Assembly (NCBI GenBank): GCA_046754105.1
Contig: JBHHVD010000024.1
Span: forward strand, 1 to 38,099
Origin: Candidatus Krumholzibacteriia bacterium
GTDB lineage: Bacteria > Krumholzibacteriota > Krumholzibacteriia > WVZY01
Length of the DNA: 38,099 nucleotides
Direction: 5' to 3'
The notes beneath the pieces were generated by a model. It did no database searches. It had not been told where the DNA came from and saw only the letters and a program-made list of their open reading frames with translations. Shown here in pieces: positions 36,446-38,099 of the stretch. Both the position numbers and the translations under genes were made by a program. The first letter of the stretch is position 1. Each line of letters begins with the position of its first letter.

Positions 36446-38099
36446 TCAGTCCCCCTCGTACTTCGCCTTCAGGGATTCGATGACGCCGGCGTCGGCCAGC
36501 GTGGTCACGTTGCCCAACGCGCGGCCTTCGGCGATGTCGCGGAGCAGGCGCCGCATGATCTTGCCCGAACGCGTCTTCGGGAGATCGGCAGAGAAGATGA
36601 TCCGGTCGGGCACTGCGAACTTGCCGATTTTCTTCGCCACCCACTCCCGCAGTTCTTTTTCGAGTTCCGGGGTGCCCTGCGCGGAACCCGCGAGCGTGAC
36701 GAACGCCGCGAGTGCCTGCCCCTTGATCTCGTGGGACATGCCGATCACCGCGGACTCGACCACGGCCGCGTGTTCGACAAAGATGCTCTCCAACTCGGCG
36801 GTCCCGATGCGGTGGCCGGCGACGTTGACCACGTCGTCGACACGGCCCAGGATCCAGTAGTACCCGTCCTCGTCCACCTTTGCACCGTCGCCGGGCAAAT
36901 AGACCCCATCCCATTTCGACCAGTACGTTTCCTCGTACCGCTTGGGGTCGCCGTAGATACCGCGAAGCATCCCAGGCCACGGCTTGCGGATGGCCAGAAG
37001 ACCGGCGTCGGTTTCGTTCCCCTCTTCGTCGAGCACGGCGGCGTCGATCCCAAAAAACGGCAGCGTAGCGCTTCCCGGCTTCGTCGTCGTGACACCCGGC
37101 AGCGGGGTGATCAGGATCCCACCCGTTTCCGTCTGCCACCACGTGTCCACGATGGGGCAGCCGCGGCCTCCGATGATATCGTGGTACCACATCCACGCCT
37201 CGGGGTTTATGGGTTCGCCCACCGTACCCAGTAGCCGCAGCGAACCGAGCTCGTATTTCTTCGGCCACTCGTCTCCCCATTTCATGAACGCGCGGATCGC
37301 TGTCGGAGCCGTGTAAAAAACGGTAACGCCGTATCTCTCGACGATGCTCCAGAAACGGCCCTCGTCGGGCGCGTTGGGCGCCCCCTCGTACATGACGACT
37401 GTCGCGCCGTTGGCCAGGGGACCGTAGACCGTGTAGGTGTGTCCGGTCACCCAGCCGATGTCGGCGGTGCACCAGTAGACGTCTTCCGGCTTGAGGTCGA
37501 AGACGTACCTCGTCGTGTGGTAGGCATAGACCATGTATCCGCCGGTCGTATGGATGATGCCCTTCGGCTTCCCCGTCGTTCCACTCGTGTAGAGAAGAAA
37601 CAACATGTCCTCGCTGTCCATCTCTTCGGGCGGACAGATCGCGAAGTCCCCACCGATGAGGTCGTGGTACCAGTGGTCCCGCCCCTCTTTGAGCCGGCAT
37701 GGAAACGGCTCGCCCGGGGATCGTTGGACGACGATCACATGGTCTACGCACGCGCAATCTCGGACACCCTCGTCGACGATGTCTTTCAGTGGCAACACCT
37801 TGCCGCGCCGCCAACCGCCGTCCGCCGTAATGACCAGCCGCGCTTCGCTGTCGAGCACGCGGTCGCGAATCGACTCTGCGGAGAATCCCGCAAAAATGAC
37901 CGAATGGATCGCCCCGATCCGCGCGCACGCGAGCATGGTGATGGCGAGCTCGGGGATCATCGGCAGGTAGATGGAAACACGGTCGCCCCGCTGGATCCCC
38001 AGTCGCTTGAGCGCGCTACCACACCTGTTGACCTCGCGCCACAGGTCGCGGTAGGTAAGGACGCGTTCCTCGCCGGGCTCGCCCTGCCACACAATCGCC
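36446..38099 (-). CDS. acs: Acetyl-CoA synthetase (5' end outside window)
   Basis: [32 protein letters not shown] and [11 protein letters not shown] motifs. Confidence 0.97.
   Translation of the reverse strand, partial: AIVWQGEPGEERVLTYRDLWREVNRCGSALKRLGIQRGDRVSIYLPMIPELAITMLACARIGAIHSVIFAGFSAESIRDRVLDSEARLVITADGGWRRGKVLPLKDIVDEGVRDCACVDHVIVVQRSPGEPFPCRLKEGRDHWYHDLIGGDFAICPPEEMDSEDMLFLLYTSGTTGKPKGIIHTTGGYMVYAYHTTRYVFDLKPEDVYWCTADIGWVTGHTYTVYGPLANGATVVMYEGAPNAPDEGRFWSIVERYGVTVFYTAPTAIRAFMKWGDEWPKKYELGSLRLLGTVGEPINPEAWMWYHDIIGGRGCPIVDTWWQTETGGILITPLPGVTTTKPGSATLPFFGIDAAVLDEEGNETDAGLLAIRKPWPGMLRGIYGDPKRYEETYWSKWDGVYLPGDGAKVDEDGYYWILGRVDDVVNVAGHRIGTAELESIFVEHAAVVESAVIGMSHEIKGQALAAFVTLAGSAQGTPELEKELREWVAKKIGKFAVPDRIIFSADLPKTRSGKIMRRLLRDIAEGRALGNVTTLADAGVIESLKAKYEGD

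Overview
High-GC bacterial chromosomal segment. A secreted protein with a 'QNFPNPF...RKMVILE' FlgD-Ig/T9SS-type tail suggests an FCB-superphylum organism such as Ca. Krumholzibacteria or Latescibacteria (inference). I recognised about 35 CDS and no tRNA, rRNA, CRISPR array, transposase or phage genes. The left 10 kb is a metal-homeostasis island: Mn-type sodA, iscA followed by an Fe-type DtxR regulator, and an MntR-headed TroABCD-like operon in which both permeases carry C-terminal DtxR-like domains. Next come an ECF sigma/ZAS anti-sigma/2x DUF4252 operon, nadA, mutY, two phytoene-dehydrogenase-like flavoproteins with a GcvT-like protein, hppA, an SSS symporter, a second metal-uptake operon with no ATPase gene, trmB, pdxH and acs. 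The strongest signals the ORF track misses or splits are: (1) a DUF3179 lipoprotein interrupted by an in-frame TGA at the conserved Cys position and followed by a SECIS-like hairpin, i.e. a predicted selenoprotein (14214-14918); (2) a His/Cys-rich DUF2946-like leader ending in RGPP whose stop region can pair with the Shine-Dalgarno of the downstream outer-membrane protein, a candidate metal-sensing ribosome-arrest switch controlling an OM channel/SBP/permease-HEAT uptake system; (3) an unannotated 33-aa membrane peptide coupled to the SSS symporter; (4) a family of modular, nested palindromic intergenic elements with a compensatory base-pair change. All family assignments are by motif recognition; no database search was run.
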